Origin: Octopus bimaculoides
Lineage: Eukaryota
Direction of reading: 5' to 3'
Assembly: GCF_001194135.2 (NCBI RefSeq)
Contig: NC_069001.1
Span: 20,180,047 to 20,244,046, forward strand
Length of the DNA stretch: 64,000 nucleotides
Shown: positions 39,590-53,269 of the stretch, piece by piece
Numbering within the stretch: position 1 is the first letter of the stretch
Layout of the letters: each line of letters opens with the position of its first letter
Position numbers and translations under genes: made by a program
Notes under the pieces: generated by a model
Database searches by the model: none
Told to the model about the DNA's origin: nothing
The model's input: the letters and a program-made list of their open reading frames with translations, nothing else

Positions 39590-39950
39590 AGTCTCATACC
39601 CTGCAACCTTCTCCAGCTGAGCGTCCCTAATCTTGTGGGCTCATAGATGCTGGTGCCATGTAAAATGCACCCAAGCTGGTGCTGTGTAAAATGCACCCAG
39701 TACACTCTGTGAAGTGGATGGTGTTAGAAAGAGCATCCAGTCATAGAAACCATGCCAGCATGGAAGATGGGCATTAAATGATGATGATATATATATATAT
39801 ATATATATATGACAGGCTTCTTTTAGTTTCTGTCCACCAGATCCATTCACAAGGCTTTGGTCAACCTGATACTATAGTAGCAAACACTTGCCCAAGGTGC
39901 CACACAGTGGGACTGAATCTGGAACCACACAGCCATGCCTGCACCCGGTA
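39590..39950. mobile_element. Two adjacent decayed SINEs: RTE-tailed (+) and CORE-type head (-)
   Basis: aaaatgcaccca repeats and catgccagcatggaa...(gat)n, then (TA)n, then cttgcccaaggtgcc...ccacacagccatgc. Confidence 0.65.
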
Positions 39951-41333
39951 ATGGCAGAAATACCTTTTATCATGTTTACTCAATCAGGGCTAACCTGGAG
40001 CCAAACAAAAGCCAACACCACTACCATCTTCATCACTGTAAATTTATTTGACTGAATATTTTGTTTAATATCATACAGCTGTTATGACCTTAAAAAATCA
40101 TTAAAATTTTTCTGCATGTTACTTACACTTGAAGATAACAGAGGCTAATTTCATTATCAATGCTCTGCACCCATGACAGCTGAAATTAGCTTATTAGTAC
40201 AAAATATCTATATGCTTCATCTATTCAAGTTATCCACAAAAGGAAGGTATATTGAGCAAGGGAGCCCCAGATGTATAAAAAGATAGATGGCCATGGTTGG
40301 AATGCTTTTGATCATGGGCTGACATTATAAAGTCATACAATATCACTAGCATGTTATCATTGAACCAACAATGTTAGAAATAGCAACCAAGTGTCCCTAA
40401 AATCACACTCCATCTTAATGAAAGGACATTTTAGGTAAAGTAGTCCAGAGGCCTAAAAAGATAGGATGATCAGAACAAGAATGTTTTTGATCATAGGTCT
40501 GCTCAATCAGGCTTGACCTGGGGCTTTGCAATAAAACGTCTACAATGTCATAACTATTATAACTACTATTATGTTCACCACCACCACCACTACACAACTC
40601 TAATACTACTAAAACTAATGTTACTTCTGCTATGACTGTCCAAGATAAAGAGGCGGTCTGATTCCATTGTTTAGAAGTGGTAGTGAATACGAAGAATATA
40701 TAACATTGTTTCATAATAAGAACAATTTTCTAACTTCAGTAATAGACCATATAATTGTGGGGAAGGAGTTGATTGATTGATCGATTTAATCCTTGTACAC
40801 AACAGATTCTTTATGAACATTGTCAACGTTGGTGGTGTTTGCTTAGTTATTCTGTTGTTTATCATCCTGCAGATATACATAAACATAAGTATAGTCATGA
40901 AATGCAAGGCTGACTCCATTTTATGTTTGTATGCAGCATTCTTCAATTTAAATTTTAAGTTCTACTTCAAATCGTTGTTAATGTTTGTGTCTAAGGAATA
41001 TAATTAGTTCATCAATGATGAAGGGTTTTGATAAGCTTTTAATTGCATAATTCTTAGAATAAAAATGAAAATAATGTAGTATTGGTTGTTAAAAGAAAGT
41101 TCATACTGGGATGTTTTTTTATTGCTTAATCAAGAAGAAAAGCAGTGCCTATAACTCTTTATATGGTCTTCAAGACTAGTGAGAAGACAGGATGATATCT
41201 TGAAGCCAGAGTCTTGGGCTGAATGCTTGCCACAGAGTGGACGCTGCTAAAGGCATCCGAGGATCAGGTGGTGGTGTTGTTTTGAATGCAACAAATATAA
41301 TCTACCAACCAACTTAACTATTTAAAAGATTAA

Positions 41334-41540
41334 CCCTTTAGCGTTTAAGCTAGCCATATATGGCCCAAACATTCTCTTTGTTTTATGGTGAAACTGATCA
41401 GATCTGGCCTATCATTCTACAATGTAATTCTATGAATAAACAGTCACATAATCAAAATCTCAAAACTATGAGATGATGCATGATTAATTCAAAATAATTT
41501 GAATAAATAGATATTACATTTGACAGAATAATCTGAAGGG
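41334..41540. mobile_element. piggyBac-like MITE copy in reverse orientation
   Basis: ttaa-ccctttagc ... gaaggg-ttag; TTAA target site and CCC/GGG termini are piggyBac hallmarks. Confidence 0.65.
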
Positions 41541-42775
41541 TTAGTCTAGAGAATCATTTAAAATAGATATCATTTTCTTACTGCAAGCCTATGCTAATAC
41601 AAATAAAACAATAAGAGCTGTAATTTATTGTGTCTGGGGAGAGTCATTCTCTTTTAGTGCCATATTATTTAACACACTCAACGGTTCAATCTCCACTCAT
41701 TTACTTATTTTTTCTAAAATTTTCGTTATGTTGCAACCTTTTCAATAGTCGTTGACTCCATCCATTATCAGACCTGCGTTCATTTTGTTTGTGTGTGTCA
41801 GTGTTCATTTGCATGCACTCATGTATGTATATTCATGTGTACATTTGTGTGTATGTATGTATTCTGCATATTCATGTATTTGTGTGTTTACTTCTGTCTG
41901 TCTCCTTGCGTGTGTGTGTGTTTGAGTATGTCTATGTGAATGGGTTTGTGGGACTATGTACGTGTGTCTGTTATGTATAGATGTGTGTCTCTATGTGTCC
42001 TTGTGTGTGTGAAATGTGTGTCTGTGTATATGGACATGTGTTTCGGTCTTCATTTGCGTATGTGTGTGTGTGTGTGTGCTTGTCTGTCCATATTATCTAT
42101 GTACCTATCTATGTGTTTACTTACATATCCATTTACCTATATATATACACACATACATAATAGCCTACTAACTACTCTACCTGTGTATATATAAACTGTG
42201 GGTATTGGGGTATGACTACCTTCTATGTATATTTCCTATCTAGTACTGGGAAGGTTTCATTTATGAGGACATACTCCTGTATAAGAGCTTTATTTTATTG
42301 TCTTGTTCTTTTCCATTACTGTTCTAGGGTGATTGGATAAATATAATGCCCTCTCAAAATGATTATTAATGTGACTGACTGAAATAGTAGATAACTGTAC
42401 TAATTGCATTAATGTACATAGTATATTTCCTATAAGTTTTGAATTGCTAAAGTTGACTTTACTTTTCATAGTCCAGTGTCTTTAAAAGTAGTCTTCACAT
42501 CCTGACAATCTCGTGAAATCAATGGTGGATGAGCTTCCAGATCAGAAGTTATTTGGCAAATGCACACATGTTATAAGTAAAATTGCTCTAGTATCAATTT
42601 TGCTTTCATTCTCCAAGTGTCAGTGAACACTGCAAAGGGATTTTTATTCTTCAACAAATTCATAGCTTTGTGCCTGTCAAGGAAATGATTCTTAACAAAA
42701 TCATTGTTGTTATTATTTGGAAATTATTATATACTGTTCTTTTTTAAAATTTATTTTCTGTAATTTGTAAAATAG

Positions 42776-43071
42776 GTCGACAACACCAAAACAGTCTCCA
42801 ATCTCTCATTTGAACAAGCCACTTTCTGGCATTACTGTGGCCAGTGACTGTGATAGTTTGGCTAGAAGTTCTGAAAACCAGATTGGAACTCTTATTGACT
42901 TGTCTGTGACCAACAAAAACATTGACTTGAAGAGTCAGCAGCTCCAGGATAATTTACTGAACAACACTGATGACCTGTTGAATTTCAACAGTGTCAATTC
43001 GGCTACTGGTGATCATAAAAATACCTTATTACCTTTCGAAGATAACGCACCTCAACGACAGGATGTTTCTG
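42776..43071 (+). CDS. MAP7: MAP7 near-terminal exon (STTPKQSP...LIDLSVTNKN...LLPFEDNAPQRQDVS)
   Basis: aaatag acceptor, g|gtaagt donor, 296 nt open phase 2-1; TG|G gives Trp with the previous exon. LIDL and LLPFED resemble the hydrophobic-acidic motifs I recall near vertebrate MAP7 C-termini (EIINL, ILAFDD). Implies a 28,352-nt intron. Confidence 0.75.
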
Positions 43072-43446
43072 GTAAGTTCCTGTATCTATTTTCACTTTAT
43101 TTACTTCTCTGAATTTTCTTCTTCACTCTTTCAAAGATATGGCTATGAAATTAAGGTGCTTGCTCTAATCAAGTTTTTGAGTTCAAACATTGCTGCTATA
43201 GCCAAACAATTGTGTTGTGCCATAACAAGATATTCTTAGGAATGGAAATGAATCACACACACACACACACCAATATGAGAAGTAATCTTGTAGGTTTCAT
43301 ATTTTTCTCCATAAAACCTATAACGTACCCATACATGTATACGTGTGTGAGAGTAAGACTAAATGGTTAGTTAATGAGGTTTATAATATTTAGTATTTGA
43401 CAAAAATACAATTCATTCAATATGTTTTTTTCTATTCTTTGTGCAG

Positions 43447-43457
43447 CAGCATGTTAA
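43447..43457 (+). CDS. MAP7: Candidate MAP7 terminal exon A (...DVS-AAC-stop)
   Basis: tttttttctattctttgtgcag|cag tandem acceptor. Phase 1 gives GCA GCA TGT TAA, followed by UTR-like sequence. No transcript evidence. Confidence 0.4.
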
Positions 43458-46016
43458 TTGCATACTAAATTTTAGTTGTACTAATTATGTGTATTGCATT
43501 TATTCTTTATTAACGTTTTTATGAGGTGTGGAATACGCAGACGGATGACAAAATAAGTGTAATTCAGTAATTGAATTATTAGTTGAGATGACGACAACAT
43601 TTGTGATAATCTTTGCTAACATAGATTTACAACTATTGGCTTTAATTAACAGTTAATCAAGATAATGATGATAATAAGTTATGTAAATGAATCCAACATT
43701 ATCCTTTCCTTTCATTTCTTTTTTCATTGTTGCTATTTTTTTTTTTTTTTCAATATAACTTTAAGATTTTCTTGAGCCTGGAGTTCGAATCTCCTGCAAG
43801 TATTTTGATGTGTTCCTGGGCTACTCCCTTAAGTTTGCAATGCTCTTTTAGTTTGCCTACTTATAAGGATACACTCTAGGCTTTTCTTGGGACTCGGTTA
43901 TTGCTTAACACAGGTTCTTATGGCGCTAGATATAAGAGGCAAATCTTCCTCTTGTAGCGAATACAGAGTGGACTTCAGAGCCAACAGTTACATTTTGTTG
44001 GATATGTATGAACTACCAACTTAGTTTCTAGACTAGTTCTATTGCAAACTTTACCAGCATAAGTGCTGGAATTCTCATGCATTTAATGTGTTGTGTCTAG
44101 TGGTAATTGACATTACCAGAGATGCCATATGCATGAAAGTTCAGCATACTTAAAGGGAAAAAAATCTAATTAATTAATAATACTTGTAAATGAGAAGAAA
44201 ATATACCTCAGTGACTAATATTAATCTGATTTTGGTAATAATGATATTGTGTCTATCATTTTAGAAATTTAAATACATAGCTTTTCCTAGATAGGATATT
44301 CTGAGAATCTTTGAACCCAGCATACCGATCACCAAAAAAACAAAAAGAGGAACAAAACATACTGCAAGTTACATATAACCTATTTATATTAAAAATTAAT
44401 TTACCTTTTAGAATTGAAGTATCTTTATTAGAGACTTTAAAAACAGCCATAATGATAGGGTGAATTGAAGACCTTTCAGCTGGAAAGCTGTTGGTATTTG
44501 ATTGAACTCAGAATGAAAAAAGAAACTAAATTGTGAAAAGCATTCCAGCCAAAATGCTGCCATCTCTTTTCATTCTTTAACTGCAGTTTGATTTAACTAA
44601 GTACCATGTTTGGAAAATAGGGAGACAATTGATTGAATAGACCCCCTATTATATCATTATTCCTGGTCCTCAAACCCAGAAATGGAAATGATAAAACTAA
44701 ATATATTTAATTTTGTGTTTTACAGTCTTAGCCATTGTTTGTCAAATTGTTCCCTGTATTTACTAGTATTCAGTTTATCAATTCTAAAGAGATAAAATTG
44801 ACTCTGATATGATTTAACTCATTCATGATATGTATAATGAAAACTTTTATTAATTTTGAAAGGGTTACTAAAATCACAAAGCTGGTGTTTGGAAAATAAC
44901 TTAACAAAATGTTCTTATAATGATGGAAGGTTTAATGAACATTTAAAATGGGACATTGTCTCAGATGAGTTCTTATCAAAAAGATTAAACTCAGAATTTA
45001 GAGTCTTCTTACTGTTTCTTTCAACTCACACTCATACAATAATAAAGCACTAGCTACCATACTTAATGAAATGAGCTGAAAATAATTTTTAATGAATTGA
45101 AATTGTAATGGTTTAGAAAAGGAAAACCATTAACATCACTATCATCATTATGTCTGTTTCCCGTGGTGGCATGGGTTAGATGAGTGATCATGTTCCAAGT
45201 CAGTTCTTATTGGGTGTCACTGTCCTCAGATACTGATTCTCATACCGTTTTATTTTTAGCTTAGGGTCCATGACTGGATACCCTTCCTATCACCAAACAC
45301 TTTAAAAAGTGCACAGGGTGCATTTTATTGTGGTATCAGCACAAGAAGGATTGCCAACTCCTCAACTCTTTCACCAACCTCTTTACAGAGTGCACTGGCT
45401 GTGGTTTATCATGTCACCAACACTAGAGCAGTTATCATATCCTCTGTGTAGATGGGAGCAAAGAGACCTCTTGAGCCAATGTTTCTCCATTCATTCACCA
45501 ACCATTCCCAGAACGCACTAGATATATTCCATCATGGCACAGTATGTACATTCTAAAGGTTAAGAGTTTCGCCACACTAAGATATGTATGTTTACTCAAG
45601 GCAGCATGATTGAGAAGCAGGATACGAGAGTAAGAGACGACAGAAGACCTATGAGAATGAGTAGGTGAAAAGAGCAAGAGTATTGTAGAAGAGACAAAGT
45701 GATTGGAGTGGAGAAAGAGAGTAGCAGTAATGTATAAGAAAAGAAGTAGACGAAAGTAAATGATGGATGACAATAGAAGTGATGAAGGGCAGAAAGAGTA
45801 AAAGTACAGTGTATAGGAACAATTCTAATACATTTTCTTTTACATAGGCTTAGTGATGGGTAAGAAAGGAAGAGTGATGAGAATGGTGGTGAAGGCATTG
45901 AGTGTAGGAAGATCTTACATAATGTCACTAAGCTTGTAATATGGGTGATGGAGACATGAAAGATGAGACAGTTAAGAATTCTGTGGCAGCAGCAGGTATA
46001 GACTTGACAAGATGTT

Positions 46017-47234
46017 CAAGGGTTGGACAAAATAATGGAAACACCTTAAAATTTCAAACAAATTTATTTTAATATGGGGTAGGACTGCCTTTGGCAGTAA
46101 TTACAGCTTGAATTCTATGAGGTATGGACCTGTACAAAGTTTGAATTGTTTCCAAAGTAATTTTTGTCCATTCTTCAACTGAAACAGTCTCTAGTTTTTG
46201 TAGTGATGATGGTGGAGGATACCGACTCCTTACTTGTTTTTCTAAAATGCACCATAAATGTTCAATAATATTGAGATCTGGGGACAGTGGTGGCCAGATA
46301 AGATGTTCAACTTCACTAGAATGTTCCTCGTGCCATTCAGTAACAACTTTAGCTATGTGAATTGGTGCATTATCATCCTGAAAGATTGCGTTTCCCTCCG
46401 GAAACAGTTCCACAACCATAGGATGAATTTGATCAGATAAAATGCTTAAATAGTCTTGACTATTAATTCTTCCATGAAGGGAAACCATTGGGCCGGCGGA
46501 TTTCCAAGATATAGCCCCCCAGATCATCACAGATGAGGATCTGTCTAGGTCAAATGCTTCTTTTGGCTGTCTTCACACGTATACTTGGCCAGTGGTCGGA
46601 AATAAGGTAAAGGATGACTCATCTGAGAAAATAACATTCTTCCACTGCTCTAGGGACCAATTCTGTAGGGTTTTTACTCCACTCTAAATGCTTTGCAATG
46701 TTTGTTTTTGAAAGTAGTGGTTTTCTGATTGCAGCCCTCCCGTGAAATCCAGCTTTGTGCAGCTCCCGGCGAACAGTTTTTGTGGAAACTAGGTTCTCGA
46801 GGTGGTCATTAACCTCTCAAGTAATATTGGGAGCTGTACTTTTGTGATGCTTTCTAACAATTCATGTAAGAGTCCCTATCTGAAAGTTTTGGCTTTCTTC
46901 CGGAGTTTTATTTTGACGAAGTTTTTCTCTCTTTCTCATTACTTTCGAGACAGTACTTCTTGATACACCAAACATTTTGGTTGTTTTCATTACGCTAGTG
47001 CCTGTTATACGAGCACCAACAATTTGACCTCTTTGAAAGTCTGATAGATCTGGCATTTAATTACCTTTTTCTGATGATATCTGAAAAGGAACAGCAATTT
47101 TAGCAAAACATATTACACAACACTAATAATAAATCAAAAAACATAAAAATGAACAAGCTTTTGACAGTTTTATAAATATTTAAAAATTATGATGCTATGT
47201 TGCTAGGTGTTTCCATTATTTTGTCCAACCCCTG
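46017..47234 (-). mobile_element. Full-length Tc1-family transposon (1218 bp), defective DD36E transposase
   Basis: 30-bp TIRs ca(a/g)gggttggacaaaataatggaaacacct (29/30 match). Transposase 47056-46069 with HTH start MPDLSDFQRGQIVGAR, FSDES, FQDDNAPIH, SPDLNIIE; has frameshifts and a stop. TA target sites decayed (TT, TG). Confidence 0.93.
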
Positions 47235-47574
47235 TGTGTGTGTGTCTGTGTGTGTGTGTGTATGTTGCATCTCCTTGTCTTTACATCTCACAATAGTTGT
47301 TGATGAACATCACCTTCACATAAGTGGTATCGTTCCTTCCCAGTATTTTGTGAAAACATGTCTAGCCATGGGAAAATATCATCTTTGAGTCAGGTGAGGC
47401 AGCAGGAAGTGTATCTGGCTATAGAAAATCCTGCTTCAGCACATTCCAACTAACCTCTGCAAACATGAAAAGATGGACATTATAATGAGGATGATGATAA
47501 GAGTAGAATCGAAGTCAGCAATAGATTTTGAGAGGAGTACAGTTTTGTAGAAATGAAAAGGTATATAAAAGGAG

Positions 47575-47624
<50 letters not shown>

Positions 47625-47689
47625 GTATACATAGACACACACATATTTCATGCATTAGGAATGGTGGATTCCTGCAATGGTTTGTATTT

Positions 47690-47833
47690 TCCGTGCATAT
47701 AAAAAATAGAATAAGAATAGCCTGGGCAAAGTTTAGAGAGCTCTTACCCCTGCTGGCGACAAAGGGACTCTCACTCAGAGTAAAAGGCAGACTGTATGAC
47801 GCATGCGTACGAACAACCATGCTACATGGCAGT
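47690..47833 (+). mobile_element. RTE LINE post-RT fragment running into gap
   Basis: RIRIAWAKFRELLPLLATKGLSLRVKGRLYDACVRTTMLHGS. Confidence 0.85.
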
Positions 47834-48758
47834 NNNNNNNNNNNNNNNNNNNNNNNNNNNNNNNNNNNNNNNNNNNNNNNNNNNNNNNNNNNNNNNNNNN
47901 NNNNNNNNNNNNNNNNNNNNNNNNNNNNNNNNNNNNNNNNNNNNNNNNNNNNNNNNNNNNNNNNNNNNNNNNNNNNNNNNNNNNNNNNNNNNNNNNNNNN
48001 NNNNNNNNNNNNNNNNNNNNNNNNNNNNNNNNNNNNNNNNNNNNNNNNNNNNNNNNNNNNNNNNNNNNNNNNNNNNNNNNNNNNNNNNNNNNNNNNNNNN
48101 NNNNNNNNNNNNNNNNNNNNNNNNNNNNNNNNNNNNNNNNNNNNNNNNNNNNNNNNNNNNNNNNNNNNNNNNNNNNNNNNNNNNNNNNNNNNNNNNNNNN
48201 NNNNNNNNNNNNNNNNNNNNNNNNNNNNNNNNNNNNNNNNNNNNNNNNNNNNNNNNNNNNNNNNNNNNNNNNNNNNNNNNNNNNNNNNNNNNNNNNNNNN
48301 NNNNNNNNNNNNNNNNNNNNNNNNNNNNNNNNNNNNNNNNNNNNNNNNNNNNNNNNNNNNNNNNNNNNNNNNNNNNNNNNNNNNNNNNNNNNNNNNNNNN
48401 NNNNNNNNNNNNNNNNNNNNNNNNNNNNNNNNNNNNNNNNNNNNNNNNNNNNNNNNNNNNNNNNNNNNNNNNNNNNNNNNNNNNNNNNNNNNNNNNNNNN
48501 NNNNNNNNNNNNNNNNNNNNNNNNNNNNNNNNNNNNNNNNNNNNNNNNNNNNNNNNNNNNNNNNNNNNNNNNNNNNNNNNNNNNNNNNNNNNNNNNNNNN
48601 NNNNNNNNNNNNNNNNNNNNNNNNNNNNNNNNNNNNNNNNNNNNNNNNNNNNNNNNNNNNNNNNNNNNNNNNNNNNNNNNNNNNNNNNNNNNNNNNNNNN
48701 NNNNNNNNNNNNNNNNNNNNNNNNNNNNNNNNNNNNNNNNNNNNNNNNNNNNNNNNNN
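47834..48758. other. Assembly gap (925 N) between RTE and SINE fragments
   Basis: Run of N. Confidence 1.
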
Positions 48759-48992
48759 GGCACATAAAAGACACCATTTTGAGCGTGGCCGTTTTCGTGC
48801 GGGTGACACGTAAAAGCACCCACTACACTCTCTGAGTGGTTGGCGTTAGGAAGGGCATCCAGCTGTAGAAACTCTGCCAAATCAGACTGGAGCCTGGTGT
48901 TGCCATCCGGTTTCACCAGTCCTCAGTCAAATCGTCCAACCCATGCTAGCATGGAAAGCGGACGTTAAACGATGATGATGATGATGATGATA
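48759..48992 (+). mobile_element. Young SINE 3' half with RTE-type (gat)n tail
   Basis: ggcacataaaag/gacacgtaaaagcacc repeats, ggaagggcatccagctgtagaaac, catgctagcatggaaagcggacgttaaac(gat)n. Confidence 0.8.
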
Positions 48993-49523
48993 AATATACA
49001 CATACATATATTTATATGCAAGGAAAATACATGTCCCTGTTTCTCTTCTTTTTTCTCCTTTTACAATTTATTTGCAAATATACGGTCAGCTTCTCTGACA
49101 TAACCTCTTTGTTTTTCCTTCTAAATTTCTTTCGGTAATACCTTTTTTGATGTTTTCCTTCAATTTTTTACATTGACAAGAATGGGAATACATAACTATT
49201 TTAATTATTATTATCATAATTAATGTTTTTTCTTACATTGCCATTTGAAACGGTCATATGTGGAAATTAAATTCCAATTTGAACGTTTAACGCCTCTACT
49301 CCATTTTTATAATTGTTAGTAGTGTTATATAAGTTTATATAAGATTTTATCTTATACATGCTTATAACGAACGTTTTACTTGTTATTTTCATATTTTAAT
49401 TGCTTGCTTTAGCAGGCTATCATTTTGATATGATGAATATTTATTAAAAATATTTCTTTTTGGACTCCCCAAAAAGTTTGAATTGTTCTACTTGAACTTA
49501 TTCTTTCTCATGTATATATATAT

Positions 49524-50100
49524 NNNNNNNNNNNNNNNNNNNNNNNNNNNNNNNNNNNNNNNNNNNNNNNNNNNNNNNNNNNNNNNNNNNNNNNNNNNNN
49601 NNNNNNNNNNNNNNNNNNNNNNNNNNNNNNNNNNNNNNNNNNNNNNNNNNNNNNNNNNNNNNNNNNNNNNNNNNNNNNNNNNNNNNNNNNNNNNNNNNNN
49701 NNNNNNNNNNNNNNNNNNNNNNNNNNNNNNNNNNNNNNNNNNNNNNNNNNNNNNNNNNNNNNNNNNNNNNNNNNNNNNNNNNNNNNNNNNNNNNNNNNNN
49801 NNNNNNNNNNNNNNNNNNNNNNNNNNNNNNNNNNNNNNNNNNNNNNNNNNNNNNNNNNNNNNNNNNNNNNNNNNNNNNNNNNNNNNNNNNNNNNNNNNNN
49901 NNNNNNNNNNNNNNNNNNNNNNNNNNNNNNNNNNNNNNNNNNNNNNNNNNNNNNNNNNNNNNNNNNNNNNNNNNNNNNNNNNNNNNNNNNNNNNNNNNNN
50001 NNNNNNNNNNNNNNNNNNNNNNNNNNNNNNNNNNNNNNNNNNNNNNNNNNNNNNNNNNNNNNNNNNNNNNNNNNNNNNNNNNNNNNNNNNNNNNNNNNNN
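49524..50100. other. Assembly gap (577 N) within TA-rich microsatellite
   Basis: Run of N. Confidence 1.
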
Positions 50101-50360
50101 TATATATATATATATGTATGTATGTATATATATATATATATGTATGTATGTATATATATATATATGTATGTATGTATATATATATATATGTATGTATGTA
50201 TATATATATGTATGTATGTATATATATATATGTATGTATGTATATATATATGTATGTATGTATATATATAATGTATGTATATATATATATATTTGTATAT
50301 ATGTATAAATATATGTATGTGTGTATATATGTGTACATATGTATGTATATATATGTATAT
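50101..50360. repeat. Compound (TA)n/(TATG)n microsatellite
   Basis: Directly visible; borders the gap at 49524-50100. Confidence 0.95.
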
Positions 50361-51110
50361 TGTGGGGATGAGCCGGAAGAAGAGGGCCATGACGTCAATA
50401 GTCAAGGGACTGACTGGAAGAGGAAGCATGAGAAGGGAAGTGCAAGGGAGACAGGAGAGGGCAGCCTTTTTTCGCCGGCCGAAGTATCATGAACAAACAT
50501 CAGGAAATTTGCTCCCGGGTTGGTCAGATAGCAGCTGCTCAGACTGGGTGAGGATCACTGAAGTGACTTCTACTATACAGGTGCAGACGTGGATATATAG
50601 TGGTGTGAGGCACAATGCTAAGGCTGCAGGCGATCGTGATCGACTACTAGATGGGATTGACGTTGTAATGGGGCCAGACGCGATTGATCGCCTTGGGAGT
50701 GTCAGTGTTGGAGAAGATGTGGTTCCGTTTGGTGCCATGGAGATGCCGTGAGTCAGGAATGTGAGCGGGAGCAGAGCCCCGCGAGGAACTGCACTGCCTA
50801 TGCCATTGAAGAGAAGGATTTTCAGATGGCATTCAATGGTCAGCGATAGATGATAGTGGTGCTGGAAAGAGGGACCCCCAATGCTGAAGAACAGGGTGAG
50901 CTGCTGCCAGCATACCCTGAAAGAGCACACCAGGAGTAAGTTTGAAGAAGAGGTAGAGAAGTGGATTAAGAAAGGTGTCCTTATGCCATGGAAGGAAGAG
51001 GTGATGAGCGGAGTGCTACCTCTAATAGCAGTGGTGCAGCCAACAAAGGGCAAAGTTAGGCCAGTACTGGACTTTTGGGAAATGAACAGCCATGTATCAT
51101 ACCACACAGA
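50361..51110 (+). mobile_element. Gypsy-like LTR retrotransposon fragment (protease end and RT start)
   Basis: DVVMGPDAIDRLG (protease-like tail), then ORF 50881-51132 EEEVEKWIKKGVL...PLIAVVQPTKGKVRPVLDFWEMN. GC- and CpG-richer than its flanks. Confidence 0.65.
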
Positions 51111-51199
51111 ATTTTCTTGCTGCTACATCTAGCAAATAATTTCCCTGCTGCTCTTCTTCATTGTTCAGTTGTTTATAAAATTTTTTCCGTCATTCTTGA

Positions 51200-51960
51200 G
51201 TCTATTCTGCTGCTACTGATTTGTTCTCTGTTGGTATGTTTTTGTTTCACCTGACACCACTTTGATATTTTGTCTCAGTTCTTTAACTGCTTGCAGTCTT
51301 TTGTGCCTTGTGTTGCACTTCCTTTGCCGTTCATTTCTATGTCTTTCCCTTAACCTCTTTTTTTCTGATTGCATGCATCTGTCCAAGGTCTCTCTCAGGC
51401 TGTTCAATTTGGTTCTCAAACCTTTGTTCCCACGATGGAACATTGTCCTTTGTTTTTCTTTTGCTTTTAACCCCCAAAACATTGTACAGCAACAGAGGCT
51501 GCACAGTATATATGGTAATTTAGATCTGTTATGTATTCAGTGTTGATTTCCGTTACTTTATATAGATTCCCCTCAGAGCTGGCAGCACCTTTCTTTCACT
51601 ATTTCACACTTCATTCAGATGTAGTTTCTTCCTCTGTAACAATCTTTCCCTCCACAAAGTAGAATTCACCATCATCTGGGCAGCTGTTTCTTTTATGAGT
51701 AGTTATTGGTCCTTCTGTTTATTCCTGTTCTTGTTCTGCTTTTTGTTCTTCATGTTCAGCATAGTCACATTCACACTCTTTCATTATGTGGAGATCTCTA
51801 GTTCCAACTAGGATAGCCACTATCTTTACAGGATTAAATTTAGGTGGACTAGAAGTCTTTGCTCTATTTTAGGGAGCATACTCTGCCCAAAAATTATTTT
51901 CTTTTCCGGTATCCAGTTTTGGTGGACTTGCTTCTATAATAACATTCCATTACATTCTAT
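51200..51960 (-). mobile_element. R4/Dong-like RLE LINE, N-terminal ORF fragment
   Basis: Minus strand NVMECYYRSK..KTGYRKR and ELRQNIK...YQQR.NQ resemble the R4-clade N-terminal region as I recall it. Confidence 0.55.
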
Positions 51961-52372
51961 TGTCATTTTCAGTCTATTTTCTCCTTATCTTGGATAATGA
52001 CAAGGTCCCACCTGCTGCACTGTGGAACACTTCACTCAGGGTTTGGGTCTCATGAATGCAGTTGTGATGATTTTTATTTGGCATTACACTCATAAAGAGG
52101 GCTGTGTTGGTGAGGTATCACAACCACCAGTGTTTTTTTTTTTTTTTGAGACACTTTCTCTAGGGGGATGCCAGCCAAGGCTAAAGGGACCCTATTCCCT
52201 CTGTGGTAGATTTACTCTGATGAAGATGTTCTCTACTATTTTTGTTCTTGGAATATTCATTATTACTATTATTACTGCTGTCGTAAGCAACAATGGCTTC
52301 ATCAACAGTAATAATAAAGAATATTCATCTGCCTTTAAACAAGTCTTGTTTTTACTCCTACAGGGATTATCA

Positions 52373-52399
<27 letters not shown>

Positions 52400-52407
<8 letters not shown>

Positions 52408-53170
52408 GAGTGAGAGAGCAGTGCATGCCATCAAAGTAATACTAGGGTACAAATACATGAAGCCTAATATACCCATCGTGACATGGTGATCTTATATCAA
52501 GATAAACAGCACATGACCTTGCAGGTGGGGCCCAGTTAGAATTTTCTTCAGATCATTTAGCCCATTCTGCTCAAAATGTCCCTGAACAATATTTGTTTAA
52601 GTATAATGAACAAAACGCCTATGTTTCCAAAGGTGAAGTATTCAAACTCCACAAAAATTCCTCTCAATACATGGCTGTGATGCTCCCCATATCATGCACA
52701 TATCACCAGCCATCAAGGGCATGCTGACAAGCAAATCTGTGGTATTGAGCAGATTATGTTGTACCAAGACAAACCATGTACATGATAATACTTCCAATCA
52801 GTTAAGATCAACAGCCATGAGAGCCATTGTCTGATATTATTATTATCATTATTATTGAGTAAGGGAGCAGTGCATGCCATCAAAGGGACACCAGGGTACA
52901 AATATATGAAGCCCAGCATACCCATCATGACTGCCTGTCTGATAAGAGTACACATGCATCACAACCATGTATGTGTGACATGGGGATTTCATATCAAAAT
53001 AAACAGCACATGCCTAGTTAGAATTTTCTTCAGGTTGAGTAGCCCATCCCACTCAAGGTCCTTGAATAAGGTTTGTTTAATGATAATGAATGAAACATCC
53101 ATATTTCTAGAGGTGAATTATTCAAACCCCAAAGAATTCCTCTCAACACATGGCTATGATGCTCCCCCAG
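52400..53170 (-). mobile_element. Two tandem decayed copies of a (TAA)n-tailed non-autonomous retroposon
   Basis: gagagcagtgcatgccatcaaag...ttcctctcaa.acatggct.tgatgctcccc occurs at about 52400-52690 and 52855-53168, each abutting (TTA)n. Confidence 0.7.
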
Positions 53171-53218
<48 letters not shown>

Positions 53219-53220
53219 TG

Positions 53221-53265
<45 letters not shown>

Positions 53266-53269
53266 TGTT

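Noticed and set aside
43788-43803. ggagttcgaatctcc tRNA T-arm / B-box-like hairpin
   Set aside because: No A-box or cloverleaf around it; not a tRNA gene.
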